Positions 1-11,159 of a stretch of DNA of 64,000 nucleotides are shown here, in pieces. The notes under the pieces were generated by a model. It had not been told where the DNA came from. It made no database searches and saw nothing but the letters and a program-made list of their open reading frames with translations. Source of the stretch: Naegleria gruberi (Eukaryota); the NCBI GenBank assembly GCA_000004985.1, contig GG738881.1. The stretch is one strand, 5' to 3'. Made by a program: the position numbers and the translations under genes. Each line of letters starts with the position of its first letter. Within the stretch, counting starts at the first letter, position 1.

Positions 1-1195
1 CTTCCATGATGCATTGATTGAGATAGTTCAATTTAGGGAAATCATCATAGGTTGGGTTTCTTCTTGATTCACCAACTCCAAGAATAGAATCAATTTCTTC
101 ACGAGCTTTTTGTTGAATATCAGGTCTCTTTCCCAACTCGTAACAAATCCATTGTAATGTAGTTGAAGTTGTCTAAAATTTCAAATAAAAAGTTCATTAC
201 AAAATTGTTAAACTCTAAAAAAACCCACCTCATGTCTATTTCAATAAATTAGGACAAATAGTTTTAAAATTCGAATACAAACCCAGCAAGCGAAAAGATG
301 AATGCATCTGACTTGATCTCATTATCTGTCAATACCCCTTTTTGAACTAAATTGGCTTCAATTAAACAACTCAATAAATCTCTTCTGTTCATTCTTTCTC
401 CTGAACTTCCAAATTGTTTTTCAATTTCATGTTTTCTTTCCTTGATAGCTTTTCCAAACTAGTTCTGAATTTACTTCCATTACTGGCAATTTCAGAATCA
501 GAAGACTTTTCAAATATTCCAAAATCCAAATCAAATCCAACACGTCCCAAAATGCTCAATGTAATATCACTGAAATCACTCTTGATATCTCTTGTTAAAT
601 ATCCCTTAACAGTTTTTCCTCCAATTTCCAACTCTTGTTCCTTTTTTCCCCATCGAGTAGAGAACAATTCATCAACACACTCTGACGAATATTCACACAA
701 ATACTCCAAATTTTGAGATGTAAAGGCAGGCGAGCAAATTTGGTGATGACTTTTCCATGAACTTGAATTGGCATCCAAAATGGTCAATAAATTATCACCA
801 AATGTCTTGAATACTTCGTATGGTCTGAAATATTTGGGAAAATTATTTCCCTTGGTAATGATGACTTCCTTTAACATTTCCTTATTGGAAATATAGACAA
901 GATTTCTATCCATGAGTGAAACTCTTGTAATTCCATTCTCTAAATCTCCCTTCTTTCTCATCAAATCTAAAATTGCATGATGATTATTGACAAACATGTA
1001 TTCGGAAAAGAATGGAATTCTCCAAAAGAAACTCATGACTTGCCATCCACCTGGAATGTGTGAAACTTTTTGATAATTTAAATAAATTTTAATGGCAACA
1101 TAGCACAGAATGGTCAGTAGTGTGATCACTGTGAGAGTCAATATCATTGTATTTTTTTCTGATGATGTCTTTGACGTTTGTGAAATGATGATCAA
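1..1195 (-). CDS. Cytochrome P450 (5' part; 3' end lies beyond window start). Exons 279..1195 and 1..176; intron 177..278
   Basis: N-terminal TM anchor plus a proline-rich hinge (FPKYFRPYE). Downstream exon encodes TTSTTLQWICYELGKRPDIQQKAREEIDSILG (helix I/J P450 signature). Intron has a GTA donor and ttttAG acceptor. Confidence 0.8.
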
Positions 1196-1310
1196 TATTG
1201 GAGATCACGGCTATTTTGGAATGCTTTCTTGAATGGAATGTTTATTCCAAAATTCAATTCAGGTTCTATTCAGTCACTCAAAATAATTCTGAAGGAATAA
1301 CAATTTACTA

Positions 1311-3458
1311 TTAAATATCATCCAGATCAAGTTCTTCATCATCCAGTCCAAGTAAATCGTCATTGGAAGGAGTTACATGTTGTTGGAATGGTGGTCTTGA
1401 AGATTTGGAGAAAGAGGGAGGTTGAGATGTGAATGGAGGTGAATCTTCAGCATATTCCGAACAAACAGAGGTAAGGTCATCAATATCTCCCAATTTTGAT
1501 TCAAAGTTTTCGAGCTCGTTTCTTATTTGATCTATAGTTGAAAATTCATGAAGTTCTTCATTTCCGAACGACATTAAACAATTCATTGAAGTTTCCAAAG
1601 TGGCAAGAGCATATCCTGCCTCTCCCTTAATTGCGTATTCAGGTAAAAGTTCACTCATCATTTGGAATTTGACAAACAAATCCATAATATTCGACTTGGC
1701 AACAACGTAAATGAAAATTGGAAGCAAATCATCAGCACCAACAATTATTGGTGGTGTAATTCCATGCTCATATCCATACTTTTGATAATAGTCATTGACG
1801 TCTTTTGAAACTTGATTCATAGCTAAACAAATAAAGTCAACCTTCTTGGTAAAGGATGTGGTTTGATCGAATTCTTTGAAAATTGCAATGGTTCTTTCGA
1901 AAGGATACCTCTCCTTCTCCAAAGTAAACTTATCAGGAAGCTTGAGTGCTTGGAGTGTTATTGTTGAGGTACATTTTGAAACCTTATCGTTCATTCTATT
2001 ATTTTCTTCTCCATAAACAAGTAAATATAAGAATAACAACTTGGAATAGATTCCATTTCCCCACATGGTATCCGTAATGGTATCTGATAAAGAATTAAAA
2101 ATGTTAAATCTTTTAAAAACATACCAATAACTATATCTTCATAATTTTGTGAAGGCATTTCCCAATACTTTCCAAAAAGTACCATACTCAATTTGTCAAT
2201 AAATAATTGAATATCATTCACACATTTAGAAATTAATTGTTTTGGATTCAAATCTGGATTGTGAATCATTTTGGAAGGATTACACACCTCTCCAAAATAT
2301 TCATAGAATTTAAGGCAAATTTGGCTTAAAGTGTGTGCCGGATTAGCCAATGTGAATGAAACGTGTTGTCTAATTTTTTGTTCGGTTATAGAATCGACTG
2401 GCATATCAGCCATATCATTTCCAGCAGAGACAGACAAGATTGGATTTAATATTGATGGCTTGGAAACTGTTTCCAGAAAAACTCTGTCCTGTTCTATCAG
2501 TATTGGATCCATATTTTGATAATTAAAGTAGGTATCAATGAATTTCGACCAATGATCCTGTTCCTTCCATCTAAATGTACGTTTCTTATTCTGAATTCGT
2601 TCCAAGAAGGACTCAACATTATTTCTCATTTCTGCTTGTCTAGCTCTTTCTATGCTTGTTTTTATCATTTGTTCTTTCATTTCTGTTAACCTTTGTTTTT
2701 CATATTCCTTTCTTTTCATTTGTAGCTATTTTGTTTAATATCCTAATCTGGTGTAAATTCAAACTTACAGTTTTACTAACGTCTTGCTTGGTTGTGTGAT
2801 TTGTGGCAGTTTGATTTGCACCACTAGAAGATGGAGTATTTGGAGAAGTATGAGAAGTACCTGATGATGGTGATGTAACACTAGTAGTTGGTGGTGGAAC
2901 TGTCGTTGATGCATTGCTTTGTGGAAATAGAGGTTTGCTAGCATGTGCCAATGAATGATTTGGTAATTTGGATCCAGAATTTGTAGGAGAAATGGTAGGA
3001 GGTTTCTTTGTTGGAATATTATTGGTTGATGATGTCGATGAAGGAGGAGAAGAGGATGTTTTGCTATTATTTGAATTAAAACTCGATGATGGAGAAGTAT
3101 TAGCAGTTGTAGTTGTAGCAGTAGTAGTAGAAGTAGTAGTACTATTATTATTGATTGAATTATGTGTCGATTCCTTATTAAACATTGCAGAAAGTGAAGC
3201 AATTCTCTCCATAGACTGTTCCGAATATTTGATTAATTGTATCGATTGATCGGATAATACATGTTGTTGATTAGTAGAACAAGTCTTCATTTCTGCCTGA
3301 ACAAAACTCGATATTTGCTCCATATACTTTAAATAATTGGCTAGTGCCATCCAGTGTTGCTGCTGTTCATCGTGGGTGATGGCCATCATTAGGGTCTTTT
3401 TAATATCATTCACGATGAGAATGGGTGGCGTGGCAGCAGCAGAACTATTGTTCGGCAT
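1311..3458 (-). CDS. VPS9-domain (Rab5-GEF-like) protein with Ser/Thr/Asn-rich N-terminal region. Exons 2769..3458, 2125..2725, 1311..2083
   Basis: GADDLLPIFIYVVAKSNI...ELLPEYAIKGEAGYALATLE matches the VPS9 catalytic core. Two introns (43 and 41 nt) with gtaagt/gtatgt donors join the three ORF pieces in frame. Confidence 0.75.
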
Positions 3459-4032
3459 TTTTTTTTTAATTGTTGTTACTTCTTATGAATCAATGTCGAC
3501 TGAAAATTTCTATTTAGAAAAAAGGAAGATAAATTACAGTACATACAATTAACGGATGTTTCATTATCGATGTTGTTACAATAGCTGCTTTGAATCGATT
3601 ATTATTAGTATTTTTTCTGGAAATATCTTAATTTTTTCCTTAAATTCCAAAGGAATGGGTAAGGAACTACAGAATATGAAACAAACTAATTAGAAATGAG
3701 TTTAGTTTTAAGGATGTTAATAAGAGTCATGTGTTTAGAGGTGAAATGAAATTATTCGAAACAGTCATTAGAGTAAGTAAGGAGGATTATAATGAATGTC
3801 GCGTAACCGAATTTTATAAGGTCAACCCCTGAATAGTTTCCAATAAATATTTTGCTCAATGATTCGGCTAAGCCAAACATTCGAATAAAATTGTTTTCAC
3901 AATTGCATACGAAACCCATTATTGTATCCAAAGCCTCTGAAATATCTTTTGTTCCGTGCCAAAGAACATGAAAAGTGTCAATCTTTTTTACCCTCCATCC
4001 ATCAACGTCAACTGTAAAACAACAATAAAAAA

Positions 4033-5893
4033 ATGATTAGCACTTCAAGACCAAGTCTCTCTGGTTGGACAGAAATTTTCGATGAAAAACACCAGAGGTT
4101 TTATTATTTTAACCCATCAACTAATGAAACATCGTGGACACAGTAAGTAGTTTGGTTTCGTACACTTTCGTCAACTTTCGGATATAAAGTCCAAAAGAAC
4201 AAGAAACTCCAGCAGAACAACAACAACAAAATCATTCTTCTTCAACTTCTACAAATACAACAATAACAACAAATGAACTAGCACTTTCAACACTTTCTTC
4301 TAGATTATCCGAAACTGATAAAAAAAAGAAAATGGCAAAAAAGAAAAATCAAAGACGTTTTGCAAGTATAGCCGATCAATACTATCTCGTTTTCAAGAGA
4401 GTTAAAAAGTTAGAAGATGAGAAACCTTTAGGATATGATTCGTTAACAATCAAGGATAAATTTATCCTATTTCAATTATCACATTTGACATCTGTTAAAT
4501 CAGGTACAGTAAGATTAGCAGAAATGGAAAAGGAAATCAAAGAATCTGAAATGTTATTTTCATGTCTTAGAGGAGACACTCAAAAATTCACAGAATTAGT
4601 TTCCAAATATCCAAAGAAATTATCTGAAACTCTACCAACGTCCAAATTGAATATTTTACATTTAGGAGTAGCAAGTGGAAATATTCACATTGTAAAATAT
4701 ATAATTTCTCTGTTACAGAATATGAAATCAATTTCAATTGATCAAAATACTTTTAATGGATTAACTTCATTGCATATTGCTTGTTTATTTGGTTTATTTC
4801 AAATTGCTAGCTTGTTAATTGAGTTTGGTGGTGCAGATACTAATGTTACTTGTAATTGTATTCCAGTTGCTCCTCCTTATTTACAAAAACCACTTACTTA
4901 TTGGAATAATATTAAGGATTGTTCTGTAAATTCCTTTACACCATTCCTTTATGCTGTGTTTGGTGGTAGTTTGGAAACTGTTATCATGTTTGCCAATTTA
5001 GCAAAAGTTGGTGTTAGTATTGAACAGAATAGAACCGGTTTCATTACAGATGCACTTTCATTGGCCTGTATTTTACAACATGTTAAAATTGTTGAGCTAT
5101 TTTTGAGAGAGGATTATATTTTCAATTATGATCCTAATTGTATTGATGAATATGGTATGACTCCTATTATGTTTGTTGCCATGTCATCTGGAAATGCCAG
5201 TAAGTATTTAAATTCTCTATATTAGTTTAATGATTCATTTCATTGTTAATTCACATTCAAATTGTTAAACAATTGAATCATTCAGTTGTCGTTTCAAAAC
5301 TTGTTAAAAAGTCTGCAAGTATCGTTGGTGTGAATAGATTGAATGGCTACTCTTGTTTACACTTTGCCATCAATAATGGAAATTATGGATTCATCAAGAG
5401 ATTGTGTCAAGAGAAGGAAGGAAGTGAAGAATTGGCCCTCGTCTTGAGAACTCACAATGCCAAACAACCACTCAATCCACTTCAATATCTGAATAGTCCT
5501 GAAGCTCAAAATCAATTTACTCCCGAGCTGAGAAAAAAGACAGAAAATATTCTTAAAGCACATGGTGCTTCTGAAAAGAAAGGTTTCAGTGATATTGTAA
5601 AGGAAGGATATTTGACAAAACAAGGACACGTTGTCAAGAATTGGAAAAAGAGATGGTTTATTCTACGTGTTGGAGAATTGCAATATTTCAAGAGTATTCA
5701 AAAGCTTAAAGAGCCAACTGGTGCTATCAATTTGGAGAATGGAAGTTTAGCTAAAACTTATACGAAAAATTGTTTTGTCTTGTATGATTCAAAGAATGAT
5801 AAGAAATTTTTCATTCAGGCTGCAACAGATGAGGAAATGAAAGAATGGTGGGATGCTATCGCATTCTGCATATCTCATGCTGGTGGTCAATAA
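4033..5893 (+). CDS. WW-domain / ankyrin-repeat / PH-domain protein. Exons 4033..4142, 4190..5199, 5286..5893
   Basis: Exon 1 encodes GWTEIFDEKHQRFYYFNPSTNETSWT (WW domain). Middle exon has ankyrin repeats (LHLGVASGNIHIVKYII, LTSLHIACLFGLFQIASLLIE). Last exon has a PH domain (GYLTKQGHVVKNWKKRWFIL...EEMKEWWDAIAF). Introns have gtaagt donors and stay in frame. Confidence 0.8.
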
Positions 5894-6098
5894 ATAGTTT
5901 ATTAATATTTGAAATCACACTGCTTACCATAATTAGGAAAAGCAGAAGATGTTAGTTATTAAAAGGATCTCAGAATTTATGAAATAGGGCACATGAACAA
6001 GGTATGTCGCTTCTTTCAAGGAACTTCATGTTCGGTTCACTGAATCTCCCCTTAATTCCATCATGTAATCAACAGTTAATCCTCCTTAATTGATTTGG

Positions 6099-7599
6099 CT
6101 AATCGTGAGGATCTTTGGAATGTGGAGTTTCAATATCATGAGCTACGTGGTCTTTGTCTATTACATCCACACCTGCGAACTCGTTACAACCAAAAGAGTA
6201 CTCCCTTTCAAGTTCCTTCTCTTCTTTATCCTCATCGTTGGTATTTTGTGGTTTAACAGGAGATAAAGGTTTGGCACTTTTCACATTAGCTGAAACTGCT
6301 TGCTTTCTAGGAGAATGAAAGCTGTCTCCTCTTGGTGTCTTGCTTGGATGGGAGCCAGCACAGTTAATAACAATCTCTGAATTAACATCCCCTTCATAAA
6401 TTTCGGATCCAACAGTTCTTGGTGATTGTTGTGAACCCATTGTGTGGCTTCCATGTATTATTGAGGAAGCTCGCTTAAACTCGGCATGATGATCGTTGTG
6501 AAGTGTGTTTGTACTGTGAGATTTTGTTTCGATTGGGTGTATTCTCTTTCCGTCTGAAATTTTCTCAATCTTGTAAGAAAATGTGCTTTCTGTAATGGCT
6601 GCGCTTGATGTTTCCATTTGAGTAGTTTCAGTTTCCTCAGCTCTTTTGGCATTATTTGCAGCATTCTTTTCTTCCAACTTTTCCACTTGTAATCTTCTCT
6701 TTTCCATAATATATTCGTAAGTTGTCTGATTCCTGTAAACTGTTGGTTGGATTTGGTCAACTCTATTATTGTTAAAAAAAGCTACTTACTCAATTTGATA
6801 TGAAGAATAAAAAGCTGAGTTATTGAGAGAGCTACCATCAACGTAACAAGACCACCTAATGCTACATAACACAAGTGAGCTATAGGATGGCTGAAAGTAT
6901 AAACACTCAGAACTATTCAATAATAAATAACATTTAGAAATATGTGAACGTTTCCACTTACGTCTTTCACTGAAATCATCATACCATATACTGGAATCAA
7001 TAATGAAAATTACTTTGGCAAACACTGTGTAGAGTAATAACAGAAAAGTATCGCAAAGGAACACAAAGAACACTTTGTAGTTTCTTCTTCCAATGCACAT
7101 GTTCAACCATCTGCAATGATGATCAAACCCAGACACACATTTCATACATAATTTACAATGTTTGCTCGATTCATATCTAAAAAAGATCAATTAAGAATTC
7201 AATCCAAAACCTACACTATCAATTTACAATGTTGACAAAATACTATTTTCTTCCCTTCATAAATTGGGTCAACACCCTTATCTTTCATAATTAAATGTTC
7301 ATCAGCTGCATCAAAAAAAGTCAATATTAAATGTGTGATTGTACTCGTCGATCCCATTAAGAAATAAATTATTGTTGCTGGAACAAGAAATTCCACCCTC
7401 GCCACAGTGGAAATCATTAAATAGAAATCAAAATGTAAAAGTATCATGCCTATCCAGGCCAATACTTGAAAAACATCAACAGGCCACTGAAGGCCATGTT
7501 TCCTCCGAACATTTCTCTTCCGAATGCCTCCCTAATAATACTGTTGATCCAAACATTAATAATCAAGTTACCTACCTTGCAGTCACACCCGAGACACAT
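6099..7599 (-). CDS. DHHC-type palmitoyltransferase (zf-DHHC). Exons 7576..7599, 7215..7531, 6962..7176, 6790..6912, 6099..6739
   Basis: The spliced product reads [41 protein letters not shown], the canonical Cx2Cx9HCx2Cx2Cx4DHHC spacing. Multiple TM helices, with 38-50 nt introns. The C-terminal low-complexity tail is in the 202-aa ORF frame. Confidence 0.75.
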
Positions 7600-7903
7600 T
7601 TTCTTTGAAAATTATAATTATAATACTCGTAACAATGTTGTATTAATTCATAAAGCGATTTATCTCCTTAAAAATCTTAGCGTTTTTAAATAATACAAAA
7701 ACCACTCCTCTTTTCCAACAAGTATAATGGTCTATTGCTTATTGTTCTTCTCTTTCTTTGTATACACTCCCAAAAAGATAACACTCGTTATTATTTAAGG
7801 TTTGTTGTTGACAACTTTTTTTGCGAATGAATGGTGAAAATAAGGCTTTGAAGTTTTGGACATCCGCATTAGCAATAAACAACATTTGTTCCACTAACTA
7901 CAC

Positions 7904-8132
7904 AAAGCGCGGCAAATCAGCTTCAGGTGTTAGGACGCACAATTCATTGAGGGCAAATTTTGCTCAATTTTAAATGAAATAATACATCAGCAAATGTCAT
8001 ATGAAATGTATTATCATGTAATTATAAAGATGAAGTTATTAATAATATAAAGATGAGCATCAGAGAGAATAATGCAAAATTCAATAGTAAGAAAGTGTGT
8101 TGAGGCAGTTGTAGAAAATTGGCGCCAAAATT
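7904..8132. promoter_or_regulatory. Divergent promoter region with two E2F-like motifs (AAAGCGCGGCAAAT at 7904-7917; ATTGGCGCCAAAAT at 8119-8132)
   Basis: Palindromic TTTSGCGC-class motifs lie between the divergently transcribed DHHC gene (start 7599, minus) and the coiled-coil gene (start 8221, plus). Confidence 0.4.
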
Positions 8133-8220
8133 TGAAAGGTAAAAAAACAGTAAGCAAAAAAAATGAGTGTTCAAGCAGCTTCAAGCCAGGGCTAGTAGTA
8201 CCTTCCTGAGGAAATCTCAA

Positions 8221-10425
8221 ATGGCAAATAATAGTAGTAATGTTTCAGAGAGTGTGGGGATGATTGATACAGATCTTGTTGAATTATATACACATTGTGT
8301 TTTATGTATTGATAGATATCGATCGGATAGTGGAGGTTATCCACCTGACACTTTTGTTGAGCATTACTTTGATGATATGGATTTAGAGAAAAATAAGAAA
8401 GATATGGAATTTATTTCGGAACTTATAGTTGGATTGGAACGATATGAAAACTTTATCAATACGACTTTGGATCTATTTGCAAAAAGAAGTTCTGCTGAGG
8501 AATTTTTAATTTTAAACAGAGAAAAGACGGACTATTCTGTGGTTTTGTATATGCTCTATTTTATCTTCCCTGAAAAAGCAACATTTGCATTCCTTAAATT
8601 ATTTTTCTCTAATGCACTTGTACCTGTAAAGAGACAGCGATTTATTCAATTCATTTTCAATTCGGACATAATTGCTGAAAAGTGTGTCGATGAATGGAGT
8701 AAGCATTATGAAATAGCTTGGATAGAAGCTGAAATTATCTCATCGGTAAAGGAAAATCAAGGCACTGTTTTGGATTATGCAGCCACTCTTGTTGATAAAT
8801 CAAAACCTCAGAGAAAAGCCGATACAGTGATGGAGCCATTCAACTTGACAGAACAAAAACCCAAGACCCTCCCAGTAGAGGAAGTTATTGATTTTAAATT
8901 TAAGACAAAGGAAGTACCGGCTACAACCTACCAACCAGAGCATCCAGGTATTGCTAAAGCTCTGGATATGTACAGGGAAGGTAAAAGAGTGCCATTCCTT
9001 GACGAAAAGGTATTGGAAAAGAATAGAAATGAGATGAATAAGTTGCGAGAAGAAATGGAGAAGAGTAAGCTCAATAATTCTACTCTCTTCCAAAAGAAGA
9101 AGAAAGATGCAGAAGAGTTTGCCAAAAAATACGAGGAAACAATTCCTTCCCCCAAGTTTGTAGTGAAAGACATCGAACAAGTTAGAAAGATACTAGATGC
9201 TCCAGCTAATGTCAAACTGAACGCGGCAGCAATCTTGAGAGAAGAAGCCATTGTCAGAAAGAAGCAAGGAAAAGAAGCTGAGTTGTTAAAGAAATACGAG
9301 ACTGAATTGAGAGATGACTCTGAGTTTGTAAATTGGAAGGAATCAATGAAACTTATGGATGAAAAAAAACAACTGGAAGATATTGAAAGAAAGAAGAGAG
9401 AAGCTATGGAAAGTGATCTCAATGCAAGATTAATGAAGGAACAATTTGCAGAGAAGAACACTATTATCGCCTCAGAACAGAAAAAGAAAAGGGAAGCAGA
9501 TGTTAATGCACTGAAAGAAAAACTTGTCACTTACCAAAAGATGCAAGAAGAAAAAAACAAAGAGTTTGCAAAGGCCAGAGAGGAAAAATTGAAGGAGGTA
9601 AAGAAGGAAATTAAGATTGAAAAGAAGAGAACTGCCTATGAAGTGAAAAAACAAAGAGAAGTCAATGAAAAGATAATTAAGAAACAACAAGAGGAGGAAC
9701 AGAAGAAGAGAGAAGAGTTGATGAAACAAATCAAAGCTTTAGTGAGTGGCTCAAAACGTCAAACAAAAACATTCGATAGAACAGAAACTTCAGAAGTTGG
9801 TCTTCTAGCTGAAATGTCTATACAACAATTAAAGGAGGAACTTGATGGTCTTAAGAAAAAACAAGAACAAGAGCGAGAAGAAAAGAAATCTCAAATTATT
9901 TCACAAAAAAAGGAAAAGGAAAATGACATGCAGGCAAAACTTTCCTTACTTCGAAAACATAGAGAACAAACGAAGAAGGAACGAACAACCAATAGAATGA
10001 AAAAGATTGAAACTATGGAGACTCAAAACAAGCAGGCAGAAGAAATGAGACGAGAGGGAATGATAGCCCTCAGTGAAAAGATTGAGCAAAAGCGAGACCT
10101 GAAAATGAAAGAACTCAAGCAACAAGCAGAACTGAAGAATCAACGATTGAAAGAAAAACAAAGACTTCACCAAGAAAAAGAAAATGTTGAGAAGAAGCAC
10201 TGGGAGAATCAAGAAATAGGTGCAGAACGAGAATGCCTTATAAGATTTGAAAATCAAAAACGAAGTGCTCCTGTTAGAAATCGATCCAAGAAAATAGGTC
10301 TTTATAAAACAAGTGACAATATAACTGAAGCCATACATCACGAGGAGGAAACACCAATTAACGAGGAAGTTGAAGATCATCCTGAAGACACAACTCACAA
10401 TACATCTGCAGCAGAAATAAACTAA
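8221..10425 (+). CDS. Large K/E-rich coiled-coil protein (about 735 aa from ATG 8221)
   Basis: Uninterrupted 2.2-kb ORF with a conserved-looking N-terminal globular part, then long heptad-like KEELRK-type repeats. Antisense and off-frame ORFs inside it are compositional artefacts. Confidence 0.7.
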   Translation: MANNSSNVSESVGMIDTDLVELYTHCVLCIDRYRSDSGGYPPDTFVEHYFDDMDLEKNKKDMEFISELIVGLERYENFINTTLDLFAKRSSAEEFLILNREKTDYSVVLYMLYFIFPEKATFAFLKLFFSNALVPVKRQRFIQFIFNSDIIAEKCVDEWSKHYEIAWIEAEIISSVKENQGTVLDYAATLVDKSKPQRKADTVMEPFNLTEQKPKTLPVEEVIDFKFKTKEVPATTYQPEHPGIAKALDMYREGKRVPFLDEKVLEKNRNEMNKLREEMEKSKLNNSTLFQKKKKDAEEFAKKYEETIPSPKFVVKDIEQVRKILDAPANVKLNAAAILREEAIVRKKQGKEAELLKKYETELRDDSEFVNWKESMKLMDEKKQLEDIERKKREAMESDLNARLMKEQFAEKNTIIASEQKKKREADVNALKEKLVTYQKMQEEKNKEFAKAREEKLKEVKKEIKIEKKRTAYEVKKQREVNEKIIKKQQEEEQKKREELMKQIKALVSGSKRQTKTFDRTETSEVGLLAEMSIQQLKEELDGLKKKQEQEREEKKSQIISQKKEKENDMQAKLSLLRKHREQTKKERTTNRMKKIETMETQNKQAEEMRREGMIALSEKIEQKRDLKMKELKQQAELKNQRLKEKQRLHQEKENVEKKHWENQEIGAERECLIRFENQKRSAPVRNRSKKIGLYKTSDNITEAIHHEEETPINEEVEDHPEDTTHNTSAAEIN

Positions 10426-10454
10426 CAATGCCAAAAATCATTATGAATTTGAAG

Positions 10455-11108
10455 CTATTTTTCAGTATCAGGTGTCTTCTTCTGGAGATTGAAAGAAATT
10501 GTGGATTTTGTTGAACTTTTAACAGAAAGAGGAGTTGATCTAATGGATTGATTTGGAGTCGACAACATTAATTCGTCCTCTTCTAATTCATCCAATTCGA
10601 TTGTTTCCTCTTGATTCTTTTTCGATTTTTTCGACAAGTACTCTTCATACTTGTTCGGAATGAGTGGATCATATTCATCAGCATCTCTAGTAGAATTATT
10701 CATTGAATTATTTAATTTCCTCTTATTGTGTAGTGTTTGGCTTGCATCTTCAGTCGGATCGTCAATTATTGTTCCAATTTTCTTTACATTATCACTTGAT
10801 GATTTGAAGGGATTACTCCTTGGTGTTTGCTTTAATTTTACAGATGATGGAACCAAAGAGAATGAACTCAATCCTTTAGGTTTAGCTGGTGCGATATTCT
10901 CCTCTGGTGTTGCAACAATTAATTGTTTGTTCTCCTCCTTTGGTTTTTCTTCCGAACATGAAACTACCAATGAGTTGCTCACTTTATCTATTGTTGTTTT
11001 TGATGGAGTGGCAATCGGAGTGTCTACTGCAGTTTCCTGTTGTTGATTTGATGTTTGTGTTTGTTTTGAAGGAAGTGGGAGTGAACCAAACAGTGACATT
11101 TTTTGCAA
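10455..11108 (-). CDS. SPF45/RBM17 N-terminal-like protein (DEYDPLIPNKYEEY motif), Ser/Thr-rich, no G-patch/UHM encoded here
   Basis: MSLFGSLPLP start and DADEYDPLIPNKYEEYLSKKSKK resemble the SPF45 N-terminus and its conserved YDPxxPNxYE motif. Only 29 nt separate its stop from the convergent upstream gene's stop. Confidence 0.45.
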   Translation of the reverse strand: MQKMSLFGSLPLPSKQTQTSNQQQETAVDTPIATPSKTTIDKVSNSLVVSCSEEKPKEENKQLIVATPEENIAPAKPKGLSSFSLVPSSVKLKQTPRSNPFKSSSDNVKKIGTIIDDPTEDASQTLHNKRKLNNSMNNSTRDADEYDPLIPNKYEEYLSKKSKKNQEETIELDELEEDELMLSTPNQSIRSTPLSVKSSTKSTISFNLQKKTPDTEK

Positions 11109-11159
11109 TTATTTAAATATTAATTCATGGTTGACAAATTCTAAAGTATTTATAATAAA

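Noticed and set aside
2765-3202. 145-aa minus-strand ORF (poly-Leu/His) overlapping the VPS9 gene N-terminal exon in another frame
   Set aside because: Pure low-complexity translation (LLLLLQLQLL) of the off-frame of an S/T/N-rich coding region. The in-frame 252-aa ORF joins the VPS9 exons and is the real one.
6458-6760. 100-aa minus ORF ([10 protein letters not shown]...) as alternative last exon of the DHHC gene
   Set aside because: It is the off-frame of the K/E-rich true terminal exon. The 202-aa frame is reached by the acceptor at 6739-6741 and looks like a genuine low-complexity tail.
8800-9729. Several 85-200-aa minus-strand ORFs inside the coiled-coil gene
   Set aside because: Antisense of purine-rich K/E codons (AAG/GAA) lacks stop codons by composition. 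The products are Phe/Leu/Ser junk with no start context.
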